Part shown: in pieces, positions 45,087-55,517 of the stretch | Position numbering within the stretch: the stretch's first letter is position 1 | How the letters are laid out: each line of letters starts with the position of its first letter | Assembly (NCBI GenBank): GCA_964291625.2 | Contig: OZ220089.1 | Span: 1-64,000 of the forward strand | DNA length: 64,000 nucleotides | Direction: 5' to 3' | Source: Candidatus Latescibacterota bacterium | GTDB lineage: Bacteria > Latescibacterota > UBA2968 > UBA8231 | The notes under the pieces: model-generated | Told to the model about the DNA's origin: nothing | Database searches by the model: none | What the model saw: the letters and a program-made list of their open reading frames with translations, nothing else | Program-made: the position numbers and the translations under genes

Positions 45087-46510
45087 GAGCCGCTCCCGGG
45101 CGGGGAACCGCTCCCCCCGCGGTCGCGGGCGTCGAGGCGGTCCAGCTTCTCGCTCAGGGCGATCATCACGTCCTGGGTGTCGGTCATGCGCGACTCGAGG
45201 GCGGAGAGGCGGTCGCCGAGGCCCGAGGAGTCCGGCTGGGTCCGGCGGCGGGCCACGTAGACCGCCGCCAGGCCGACGGCCAGCCCCAGCAGGCACCCGC
45301 CGAGGAGCACGAGCCAGTCGTCGCGCCCGTAGGAGTCCCCCCGCAGTTCCCGTCGCACGGCCTCCAGCAGTTCGTCGTCGCCGCGAGGACTGACGTCCCC
45401 GCTCATCGCACCGCCGGGCGATCGCCACGGCACCGTCCTGTAGTCCCAGGTGGCGGGATCCGGAGCATCGGTCCCGAGGATCCGCGCATCGGCCGGGGCG
45501 ATGGCGCCGGCCGCCTGGTCCAGCCTCCGGGCCAGCGGGTGGGAGTGGGGCCGGGACCGGCCGGCCACCGATCTCTCTATGGCCGAGATCCAGACATCCG
45601 GATGATCCCTCAGCCAGGCCTCCAGGTAAGCCTCCATGGCCTCGGCGTCATACCCCGCCGACCAGTCCTCGGGGGCCAGCACCAGACGGCCCACCCGGCG
45701 GTCGCCCATCATCTTGACGGGGACCTGGGGCCCCCAGGGCACCCAGGAGGCGGTCTCCTCGGCCAGCAGGCGGCCCATGTGGGAGGAAGCACGGTACCCC
45801 GGGGGCGGGCCGTCGCCGTCGACGACGACCACGTCGAAACCGATCATCCCGCCGCCCTCGAGGGGGACCGCCCGCCCGGGGGCCGGGTTCGCCAGCGAGC
45901 GGCCGTAGCGCGGATCGGTCCGGGGAGGGGGCGGGTTGGAGGACCGCACCTGCACGCCCCACTCGTAGGTCGTGAGGTCGCCCTGGCGCTGCCAGGCCCC
46001 GCGCGACCTCCTGTCGATGCGGAGGTTGTGGTGGACCCCTCTGCGGTCGAAGGCGGGATAGGTGGCCTGTCCCGGCACGAGAGCGTACTGGATCGGAGGG
46101 TGGTCCTCCGACACGAGCCCCGAGACGTAGATCTCGCAGGCGTCGGTCCGGGAGACGCTGCTGTCGACCGGATAGAGGATGTCGTCGCGCACCTCCACGG
46201 CCACGTAGAGCAGCTGCTCCCCGGGATCGTACGCGACCCGGAAGGAGGGGCTGAGGTCGCGGCTGGTGGCCAGGTCCGTCCCCTCGGTGTCGGTGGGACC
46301 GTAGACTCCGAACTCGTTGCGGATCGGCAGGGCCGGCATCTCCCGCGGCCAGTCGGACAGATCCCCGTCGACGGTGATGCCGGAGATCGGCAGGGCCAGG
46401 GCCAGGTCCAGGTACTCGGGCAGCTCCGCCCTCGCGGCCAGGGGCGGTCCCGCAACGCTCAACCCCGCCAGAACGACGGCGAGATGCAGGGGTGGGCAGG
46501 GTCGAGGCAT
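45083..46510 (-). CDS. CBM9/DOMON-like sugar-binding protein with C-terminal TM and coiled coil
   Basis: Signal peptide; ITVDGDLSDW, FRVAYD...LYVAVEVRDD, IGFDVVVVD; TM WLVLLGGCLLGLAVGLAAVYV; LESRMTDTQDVMIALSEKLDR. Confidence 0.7.
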   Translation of the reverse strand: MPRPCPPLHLAVVLAGLSVAGPPLAARAELPEYLDLALALPISGITVDGDLSDWPREMPALPIRNEFGVYGPTDTEGTDLATSRDLSPSFRVAYDPGEQLLYVAVEVRDDILYPVDSSVSRTDACEIYVSGLVSEDHPPIQYALVPGQATYPAFDRRGVHHNLRIDRRSRGAWQRQGDLTTYEWGVQVRSSNPPPPRTDPRYGRSLANPAPGRAVPLEGGGMIGFDVVVVDGDGPPPGYRASSHMGRLLAEETASWVPWGPQVPVKMMGDRRVGRLVLAPEDWSAGYDAEAMEAYLEAWLRDHPDVWISAIERSVAGRSRPHSHPLARRLDQAAGAIAPADARILGTDAPDPATWDYRTVPWRSPGGAMSGDVSPRGDDELLEAVRRELRGDSYGRDDWLVLLGGCLLGLAVGLAAVYVARRRTQPDSSGLGDRLSALESRMTDTQDVMIALSEKLDRLDARDRGGSGSPPGSGS

Positions 46511-46527
46511 GGCTGTCCTCCGGGCGG

Positions 46528-46896
46528 TCAGGCCAAGTGTCCGTATCGGCGCCGGTCCAGCTTGTCGGCCATATCTATCATGACACCCTGAAGATCGGTC
46601 AACTGCCGGTCGATGCGGTCCATGCGCCCCCGCAGCTCCTCCGACCGGGATCCGGCCGCGGCCTCGGCCGGCATCCATTCCGAGATCCGCAGGCCGCCGG
46701 CGTCGGTGAAGGCGCCGCAGACGATGAGGATCAGGTCGACCAGGGACCAGAGGCCGAACCCTCCGAGGGTGAGGACCATCAACAGGCCGGTGCCCATCTT
46801 GCCGACGTAGAACCGGTGCGCGCCGATCCAGCCGAGGAAGAAGCAGAGCAGCGCCGCCGCCAGGCGCGAACGAGTGGAGGACCCGGCGCCGGTCAT
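46528..46896 (-). CDS. TM2 domain protein with C-terminal coiled coil
   Basis: LLCFFLGWIGAHRFYVGK...TLGGFGLWSLVDLILI. Confidence 0.88.
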   Translation of the reverse strand: MTGAGSSTRSRLAAALLCFFLGWIGAHRFYVGKMGTGLLMVLTLGGFGLWSLVDLILIVCGAFTDAGGLRISEWMPAEAAAGSRSEELRGRMDRIDRQLTDLQGVMIDMADKLDRRRYGHLA

Positions 46897-47624
46897 CGGG
46901 AACCCTCCCCCCTCGCCTCGCCGCGGGGGCGCAGGGCGGCCAACTCTTCATCGACCCGCCGGCGCATCTCGAGTTCCTCGAAGCGGCGCCCGAGGACGCC
47001 GTCCTCCCCGAGGAGGGTGCGGCGCGCCTCGGCCGAGGCCTCCCCGGCCACGTGGGCCAGCTCCAGGCGCTGGCGCATGCGGTCGAACTCGTTGCGGTTG
47101 TGCTCCAGGCGCTGCCCCAGGCGGTCGAACTCGGCCGCCGGATCGCCGTCGAGATCGTCGCGCCGGCAGCCCACCTGGCGGCTGGCGCGGATGCGCGCGA
47201 TCAGGGCGGCCTGGCGGTTGCGGGCCTCCTCCAGCTCCTGGCGCAGGGTCACCAGCTGACCCCGCAGCTGCGAGGCCGTCCGGCGCCCCTCCTCGAGGGC
47301 CGGCTCGATGTCGTCGGCCGCCTGGTCGCTGAGCACCTTGCGGGCCAGCACCTGGCGGGCCAGCTCCTCGTCGCCGGCATCCAGGGCCTGGCGGGCCCGG
47401 CTCTCCAGCCGGCGGCTGCGCTCGCGGTGCTCCTCCTGGTCCTTCTCCAGCCGGCGCTGGCCGGCCACGGCGGCGCCGGTGGCGCTGACGACCCGGTCGA
47501 CCTCGGCCTCCATGTCGCGCACCATCTGGCGCACCATCCTCTCGGGATCCTCCAGGTGATCGAGCAGGTCGTGGACGTTCGACCTGACGATACCGGTGAT
47601 CCGGGACAACGTCGATCTGACCAT
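46893..47624 (-). CDS. pspA: PspA/IM30 (ESCRT-III-like) phage shock protein
   Basis: LSRITGIVRSNVHDLLDHLEDPERMVRQMVRDME...ALDAGDEELAR...VDEELAALR. Confidence 0.9.
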   Translation of the reverse strand: MVRSTLSRITGIVRSNVHDLLDHLEDPERMVRQMVRDMEAEVDRVVSATGAAVAGQRRLEKDQEEHRERSRRLESRARQALDAGDEELARQVLARKVLSDQAADDIEPALEEGRRTASQLRGQLVTLRQELEEARNRQAALIARIRASRQVGCRRDDLDGDPAAEFDRLGQRLEHNRNEFDRMRQRLELAHVAGEASAEARRTLLGEDGVLGRRFEELEMRRRVDEELAALRPRGEARGEGSR

Positions 47625-47667
47625 CTCTGCCTCCGATTCGCTCCCGCTGGGTTGTGGGTGCCTTCTG

Positions 47668-47683
47668 TGCAATTCGGGTGCCA
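47668..47683 (-). promoter_or_regulatory. Sigma54 (-24/-12) promoter of pspA
   Basis: Minus strand TGGCAC-CCGAA-TTGCA, a consensus match about 45 nt upstream of the pspA ATG. Confidence 0.85.
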
Positions 47684-47907
47684 CCGCCTCCACCCGTTGC
47701 TGGAAACGGTGTTCAAGTTGCTGTCATGCAGTCTGTTGCAAAGATCACCGGATGCCTGTCGGGAGATGGGGAATCGGCTGATTCCGCCATCTCGATGGCG
47801 GGTCTCGCCACCGGGCGGCGGACAGGGGAAGGGGGGGACGAGACCACCCGGGGGCTCGCCTCCCCGTCAGGCCACCGCCCCCGCCCGGCGGCCGGCTCCG
47901 CGCCGGA

Positions 47908-48102
47908 TCAGCCGGGGGACCCGGCCGGATCCAGCGTGCCCCGGGCCCGCCGCTTCTGCACCCAGGGCGTCTCCACGCCGTACTTGCGGCACAGCCGTCC
48001 GAAGCTGCGCAGGGTGATGCCGAGGGCGGCACAGGCCTCCTGGTTGCTCTTGTACATGCGCGCGACGCGCTCGATCGTCGCCTTGTCGAATCCCCGATTC
48101 AC
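47908..48102 (-). CDS. Small stand-alone Fis-type helix-turn-helix protein
   Basis: 64 aa; NQEACAALGITLRSFGRLCRKYGV; AGGAGGG RBS. Confidence 0.7.
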   Translation of the reverse strand: MNRGFDKATIERVARMYKSNQEACAALGITLRSFGRLCRKYGVETPWVQKRRARGTLDPAGSPG

Positions 48103-48312
48103 GGCTCCCTCCTGGTGAAGGATGGACGCCGGGGCCGGTCCCCGGCGGGTGATGTCGAGGACGGGTACAGCAAGGCCCGTGCCCGCCGCCGCGGGCAGCC
48201 GCCGCCAGAGAGCGGGACAGGAGAGGAGACGCCGGAGAGCGTTGCCGCGGTGGCCGCATCCGCCACCGTCCGGCGGCAGCCGCCGGGAGCGGAGGTCCGC
48301 GAAGGGGGCTGG

Positions 48313-49551
48313 CTACAGGACGATCTCTCGCCCCTGGAGGAAGAGCCGCTCCGGGCGCAGCCCCTCGTCGAGGATGAGCAGGTCGGCGATCTTGCCCGTC
48401 TCCAGGCTGCCGACGCGGGCGTCGATCCCGAGGATCCGCGCCGGCGTCAGGGAGGCCATGCGCACCACCTCGGCCAGGGGCGCGCCGGTCAGCTCGCGGA
48501 AGGTGCGCACCATGTGGTCCATACCCTGGCAGGAGGAGGCGGGGCCGCCGCCGTCCGGCGTCACGCAGACATCCCCGCGGCGCAGGAAGGGCTCGCCGCG
48601 GTCCTCGGGGCCGAAGCGGTACTCGCCGTCGGGCCGGTCGAGGGCGCGGTTGCAGTCGGAGACCAGGGCGAGGCGGTCCGGCCCCTTGATCCTGTGCGCA
48701 AGGCGCAGGAGTCCGGCGTCGAGATGGACGCCGTCGGCGATCACCTCGGTGGACAGCTCGTCGAGCAGCAGGGCCGCCTCGAGCAGGCCGGCGCGCATCG
48801 GCCAGGGCTGCTCGCGGCGCAGCCTGGTCTTGTCCGACATGGCGCAGAACAGGTGGTCCACGTGGCCCACGCCCCAGTCCAGGCTGGCCTCCACCTGGGC
48901 GAGGGTGGCGTTGGAGTGGCCGGCGTGGAGACGGATGCCCCGCCGCCCGGCGGCCCGGGCGAAGGCCTCGGCGCCCGGCAGTTCCGGGGCCACGGTGGCG
49001 CAGGCGATGGCGCCGCCCTCGGGCAGGCCGCCGAAGGCGAGGTAGGCCTCGAACTCCTCCGGCAGCGGCGGGCGCAGAGGGCCGGCCGGGTGACAGCCCT
49101 GGGCCCCGGGGCCGAAGTAGGGGCCGTAGAAATGGGCGCCGGCCACGCGGCTGCCGGCCGTCCCTCTCCCGGCGAAGAGGCCGAAACCGCCCGCCCGGAC
49201 CGCCCGCGCGCAAGTCTCCAGGGCCGCCAGGATCTGCTCGTGGACCGCCACCGTGGTGGTCGGCGCCAGGGTCGTGGTGCCGTGGCGCAGGTGCGCCTCC
49301 AGGACGGTGCGGAAGGCCTCGGCGGTGCCGTCCATGAAGTCGGCCCCGCCGCCGCCGTGACAGTGGAGGTCGACGAAGCCGGGGGCCACCAGGCGGCCAT
49401 CGAGGTCGATCTCGACGGTCCCGCCCGGGGCCCCGTCCCCGGCCGCCGCTCCGACGGCGGCGATGCGGCCGGCTTCGTCGATGAGCAGGGAGCCCTCCTC
49501 GACGACGCGGTCGGGCAGGATCAGGGAGCCGCCGCGTAGCAGCGCCGGCAT
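48313..49551 (-). CDS. nagA: N-acetylglucosamine-6-phosphate deacetylase
   Basis: PGFVDLHCHGGGG, GTTTLAPT, TVAPE, GHSNA, DHLFCAM, IADGVH, TPARILG. Confidence 0.8.
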   Translation of the reverse strand: MPALLRGGSLILPDRVVEEGSLLIDEAGRIAAVGAAAGDGAPGGTVEIDLDGRLVAPGFVDLHCHGGGGADFMDGTAEAFRTVLEAHLRHGTTTLAPTTTVAVHEQILAALETCARAVRAGGFGLFAGRGTAGSRVAGAHFYGPYFGPGAQGCHPAGPLRPPLPEEFEAYLAFGGLPEGGAIACATVAPELPGAEAFARAAGRRGIRLHAGHSNATLAQVEASLDWGVGHVDHLFCAMSDKTRLRREQPWPMRAGLLEAALLLDELSTEVIADGVHLDAGLLRLAHRIKGPDRLALVSDCNRALDRPDGEYRFGPEDRGEPFLRRGDVCVTPDGGGPASSCQGMDHMVRTFRELTGAPLAEVVRMASLTPARILGIDARVGSLETGKIADLLILDEGLRPERLFLQGREIVL

Positions 49552-50747
49552 CAGGCGAGGCCGCAGAAGCCGGCCGCCGCCAGGGCGTAGACGCGGGCGC
49601 AGCGGCCGAGCTGGGCCACCGAGACGCGCTCCCCGTCGGAGTGGGCCGTCTCGTGGGCGGGCCCGTAGTAGACGGTGGGCACGCCGCCGTCGTTGGCGTA
49701 GAGATTGGCGTCGCCCACCAGGCCCATGCCGACGATCTCGGGGCGTTCGCCGTTGACGCCCTCGCCGGCGCCGAGCAGGGCCTCCACCACGGGGTGCCCG
49801 GCGGGCGTCTCGAAAGGCTCCCGGTCGTTGCCCAGCTCCACCTCGAAACGCAGACTCGAGGCGTCGGCCAGACGGTCGCAGACCGCCGCCAGGTCGGCCT
49901 CGGCGTCGGCCCGGGTCGTGCCCGGCGTCCATCGGAGGGTGCCGGTCACCTGCCACTCCACCGGCAGGCGGTTGAACCAGTCGCCGGCGCGCACCATGCC
50001 CACGTTGAGCTGCCGGCGGCCGCACAAGGGATGGCGGGGGCCGGCCTCGTACCCGGCCTCCAGGCGGTCCAGCTCGGAGAGCAGCGCGCCGAGCCAGCGC
50101 ACCGGGTTGGCCCGCCAGGGCACCTTGATCGTGTGGATCGGCTCGCGGTCGGCGAAGGCCCGGATGGTGAACATGGCCGAGCCGAGGCTGGCCGCCCACA
50201 CGGCGAAGGGCCCCTCGACGATGATCACGGCGTCGGCCGGCAGGCGGCCGGAGCGGAAGTGCTCGATCAGCCGCCGCGGGCCCTCCTTGCGGCCCACGGG
50301 GGTCTCGTGGCCGACGACGCCCGTGAGCCACAGGTCGCCGGCCAGCCCCACCCCGGCCCGGCGCAGGGCCGCGGCGCCGTGGACCATGGCCACGAGTCCG
50401 CCCTTCATGTCCTCGGCGCCGCGCCCGAGGATCCAGCCGCCGTCGCGTCCGGGGCCGTGGCAGTCCCCCACGGGGATGGTGTCGGTATGGCCGTTGAAGG
50501 CCAGGGTGCGGCCGCCGCCGGCGCCCGCCAGGCGCGAGTAGACGTTCGGCCGGCCGGGGAGGAACTCGTCGACCTCGACCTCGAACCCCTCCCGGCGCAG
50601 CAGTTGCTCGAGAAAACGGCTCCCCTCCCCCTCCTCCCCGGTCTCGCTCACCACCTCGATGAAGGCCAGGGTGTCGGCCGCCAGGGCCTCCTCGTCCACG
50701 GCGGCGGCGACGGCGGCCTGCTGCCCGGGCGTCAGGGCGTGGTTCAG
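49551..50747 (-). CDS. M20 family metallohydrolase (ArgE/DapE-like deacylase)
   Basis: FNGHTDT, GRGAEDMKGG, VGHE, GDAN, YGP...AHSDGE; probable CTG start overlapping the trmH TGA, with GGAGG upstream. Confidence 0.82.
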   Translation of the reverse strand: MNHALTPGQQAAVAAAVDEEALAADTLAFIEVVSETGEEGEGSRFLEQLLRREGFEVEVDEFLPGRPNVYSRLAGAGGGRTLAFNGHTDTIPVGDCHGPGRDGGWILGRGAEDMKGGLVAMVHGAAALRRAGVGLAGDLWLTGVVGHETPVGRKEGPRRLIEHFRSGRLPADAVIIVEGPFAVWAASLGSAMFTIRAFADREPIHTIKVPWRANPVRWLGALLSELDRLEAGYEAGPRHPLCGRRQLNVGMVRAGDWFNRLPVEWQVTGTLRWTPGTTRADAEADLAAVCDRLADASSLRFEVELGNDREPFETPAGHPVVEALLGAGEGVNGERPEIVGMGLVGDANLYANDGGVPTVYYGPAHETAHSDGERVSVAQLGRCARVYALAAAGFCGLA

Positions 50748-51472
50748 GCCGGCCTCCCGGCCCCGTGCGGGGCTTCCGCGTCCGGCCGGCGGCGGCGCTC
50801 CTCCTCGAAGCGGGCGACGATCTCGTCGCTGCCGTTGATGCTGCCGCGCAGCCAGCGCAGGAGCAGCTCCTCGCGCTCCGACTCTCCCAGGCGCCAGTCG
50901 GCGGCCCCCAGGCGCAGGCGGCGCGTCAGCTCGCGCAGCACGAGGGCGGCGCTCACGGAGATGTTGAGGCTCTCGGTGAATCCCACCATGGGGATGTGGA
51001 CCCTCTCCGGGCAGCGGCCCAGGGCCTCCTCGGTGAGCCCCTCCAGCTCGGTGCCGAAGAGCACCGCCGCCGGCCCCGCGCAGGGGTCGAAGTCGTCCAC
51101 GGAGGCCGCCCCGGTCGCCGGCGTGGCCGCCACCAGCCGGTATCCCCGCGCCGACAGCTCGTCGCAGCAGCGCCCGATGGCCGCGCCCTCCCCCGCCTGC
51201 CAGCGGACCACGTCGAGCCAGCGGGCGGCGCCGAGGGCGACGTCGCGGCTGACGCGGAACTCGTTGCGCTCCTCCACGACGTGGACCTCCTGGACGCCGA
51301 AGCACTCGCACGAGCGCAGGACGGCGCTGGCGTTGTGGGGCTGGTAGACCTCCTCGAGGACCACGGTGATCCAGCGCGTGCGCTCGGCCAGCACCGCCCG
51401 CATGCGGCGCAGGCGGCGCGGGGTTACGTGCCGCGACAGATGCTCGACCAGACCGGCGCTACCGGGAGCCAT
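50744..51472 (-). CDS. trmH: SpoU/TrmH tRNA (Gm18) methyltransferase
   Basis: HNASAVLRSCECFG; LFGTELEGL; IPMVGFTESLNISVSAA. Confidence 0.85.
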   Translation of the reverse strand: MAPGSAGLVEHLSRHVTPRRLRRMRAVLAERTRWITVVLEEVYQPHNASAVLRSCECFGVQEVHVVEERNEFRVSRDVALGAARWLDVVRWQAGEGAAIGRCCDELSARGYRLVAATPATGAASVDDFDPCAGPAAVLFGTELEGLTEEALGRCPERVHIPMVGFTESLNISVSAALVLRELTRRLRLGAADWRLGESEREELLLRWLRGSINGSDEIVARFEEERRRRPDAEAPHGAGRPA

Positions 51473-51560
51473 GGCAAGAGAGTAGGCAACCGCCGGAGGG
51501 TCACCAACCGGGTCGCGGCTCGCTGGCCGCGCCGCTGGGCGGCCGTTAACGTACCCCCCC

Positions 51561-52268
51561 ATGTGCGGGCGCTTCACCCTCCATCACGGTACCGAGGAGC
51601 TGACCGAACGCTTCGCCGTGGAGCAGGCCCTGCTCGACCTGAAGCCGCGCTACAACATCGCCCCCTCCCAGCCGGTGGCCGCCGTGGTCCAGCGCGAGAG
51701 CCGGGTCCTGGTGGAGCTGCAGTGGGGGCTGGTGCCGTCCTGGGCCCGGGACCCGGCCGTGGGAGACCGCATGATCAACGCCCGCGCCGAGTCGGCGGCC
51801 ACGAGGCCCGCCTTCCGCAACGCCTTCGCCCGCGGGCGCTGCCTGATCCCGGCCAGCGGCTGGTTCGAGTGGCGGCGGCGGGGCCGGCAGCGCATCCCCA
51901 TGCTGCTGCGGCGGCGGGGCGGCGAGCCCCTGGCCCTGGCCGGGCTCTACGAGCGCTGGAAGCGGTCGGACGACGCCGTCCTGCGCACCTGCGCCATCCT
52001 CACCACCGAACCGGACGGGGTCGCCGGATCGGTCCACGACCGCATGCCGGCGGTCCTGACGGCGGCGGCCTGCGAGCTCTGGCTCGACCGCGGGATCGAG
52101 GACCCGGAGCGCCTGTCGCGCCTGCTGCGCCCCTACCCCCTCGGCGACCTCGTGGCCCATCCCGTCTCGGACCGGGTGAACCGGCCCGACGAGGACGACC
52201 CCGCCCTGCTCGAGGAGGTGGAGTTGCCGCCGCCGGAGGACCACGGCCAGCTCGCCCTGGGGCTGTAA
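51561..52268 (+). CDS. SOS response-associated peptidase (SRAP/YedK/HMCES abasic-site protein)
   Basis: MCGRF N-terminus; YNIAPSQ; INARAES; HDRMP. Confidence 0.92.
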   Translation: MCGRFTLHHGTEELTERFAVEQALLDLKPRYNIAPSQPVAAVVQRESRVLVELQWGLVPSWARDPAVGDRMINARAESAATRPAFRNAFARGRCLIPASGWFEWRRRGRQRIPMLLRRRGGEPLALAGLYERWKRSDDAVLRTCAILTTEPDGVAGSVHDRMPAVLTAAACELWLDRGIEDPERLSRLLRPYPLGDLVAHPVSDRVNRPDEDDPALLEEVELPPPEDHGQLALGL

Positions 52269-52273
52269 CCGCG

Positions 52274-52411
52274 ATGCCCGCCATCCTGGACCACCCGTTG
52301 GTCCTCTTCCTGGCCGCCGTCCTCGTGGGCTGGTTCCTGCTGCGGGACACGGTGGGCGCCATCGTCAGCCTCGTCCAGTCGGCCTGGCGGACCTGCTTCC
52401 GGGGCCGCTGA
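52274..52411 (+). CDS. Small membrane protein (45 aa)
   Basis: [28 protein letters not shown]..., a single TM directly after the SRAP gene. Confidence 0.4.
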   Translation: MPAILDHPLVLFLAAVLVGWFLLRDTVGAIVSLVQSAWRTCFRGR

Positions 52412-52486
52412 GGGCGGCCCCGGGCGGGCGGTCCTCCACCCGGCTCCGACTCCGACGCGGGCCGTCCGGTCGGACGGCCCCTCCCT

Positions 52487-52960
52487 TCAGGGGGCGGCCC
52501 CGACCAGCGCCTTGATCCGCGCCCACGTGGACGGGCGGGCGGCCGTGGAGACGGCCTCGGGGGGCCGGCTCTCGGCGTCCGCCGGATCGGTGACCCGGGC
52601 GGCGTCGCCGGGGGGATCGTCTCCCGCCTCCCAGGTGCCTTCGGGATCGCCGAGCTCCTGGCCGTTGGTGAAGCCGTCGCCGTCGGAGTCGAGGGCGGCC
52701 AGCTCCGGCGTCCAGAAGACCTCGCGGCCGTTGACCGTGACCAGGGCCTCCACGTCGAGGCCGAACCCGTTGCGCGGGCTGCCGCCGCCGGAGACATGGC
52801 AGAGGTTGCAGCCGGCGCCCACGGCCTCGGCGTTGGGGACCATGTTGCCCCGGAAGCCGCGGGCCTCGGCGGCTCCGGTCCACGGTCCCGCGGTCCACAG
52901 GCCGGCGGCCGCGAGGGCGGCGGCCAGCAGAGCGGGGTTTCTCCCGACTCGTGAACTCAT
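52487..52960 (-). CDS. Secreted temptin-like protein with a CxxCH motif and a short C-terminal W-x-x-I-K tag
   Basis: Signal peptide; [19 protein letters not shown]...[24 protein letters not shown]; ends [14 protein letters not shown]. Confidence 0.7.
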   Translation of the reverse strand: MSSRVGRNPALLAAALAAAGLWTAGPWTGAAEARGFRGNMVPNAEAVGAGCNLCHVSGGGSPRNGFGLDVEALVTVNGREVFWTPELAALDSDGDGFTNGQELGDPEGTWEAGDDPPGDAARVTDPADAESRPPEAVSTAARPSTWARIKALVGAAP

Positions 52961-53622
52961 GCTTCCTCCTCCTGGCGGGCAGCCCACAGCAGGCCGCGGC
53001 GCTGGATCTCCCGGGCCTCTGGCACCTCGAAGTCGGCGGCCACGTGGCCCAGCGATGAGTAGAACACCCTGCCCTCGCCCCAGACCCGCTTCCAGACCAC
53101 GGGCATCACCGTGCCGTTGACCCAGGGCGCGCTGCGGGCGTCGAAGGTGGTGGTGGCCAGCACCTCGTTGCCCGGGTCGACGTGCATGTAGTACTGCTCC
53201 GAGTGCATGCGGAAGTCGTCCATGCCGCGGACGACGGGGTCGTCGGGGGCGGTGATGTCGACGGTGTAGTCCTTGACCCCGTCGGGGTGGCCGACGAACT
53301 GGCCGCCCGTCATCATCTGGTAGCCGCAGTGGTTGCGGAAGGCGTCGCACATGCCGCCGTGCCAGCCCCCCAGGCCGACGCCGCCCTCCACGGCCTGCAG
53401 CAGCCCCCTCTCCTGCTCGCCCTCGATGGCGCCCATCGTCCAGCAGGGCACCACCAGGCTCAGGGAGCCCATGAGGTCGGCGTCGAGGTAGCTGTCCATG
53501 GTGTCGGACAGGATCACCTCGAGCCCCGCCTCCTGCAGCAGCGGCGCGAAGATGTCGACACACTCCTTCGGCTGGTGTCCGTCCCAACCGCCGTAGACCA
53601 TCAGGACCCTGGACCGGGGCAT
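52957..53622 (-). CDS. ThuA (trehalose utilisation, class I glutamine amidotransferase-like) domain protein
   Basis: GGWDGHQP; [11 protein letters not shown]; GGQFVGHP; SEQYYMH; [10 protein letters not shown]. Confidence 0.88.
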   Translation of the reverse strand: MPRSRVLMVYGGWDGHQPKECVDIFAPLLQEAGLEVILSDTMDSYLDADLMGSLSLVVPCWTMGAIEGEQERGLLQAVEGGVGLGGWHGGMCDAFRNHCGYQMMTGGQFVGHPDGVKDYTVDITAPDDPVVRGMDDFRMHSEQYYMHVDPGNEVLATTTFDARSAPWVNGTVMPVVWKRVWGEGRVFYSSLGHVAADFEVPEAREIQRRGLLWAARQEEEA

Positions 53623-53679
53623 TCGACCCTCCTCCTCTCCCTTCGAGATGCGGCCTCGCCGCGCCAGGGGCGCGGCCCT

Positions 53680-55512
<1,833 letters not shown>

Positions 55513-55517
55513 CGTCC

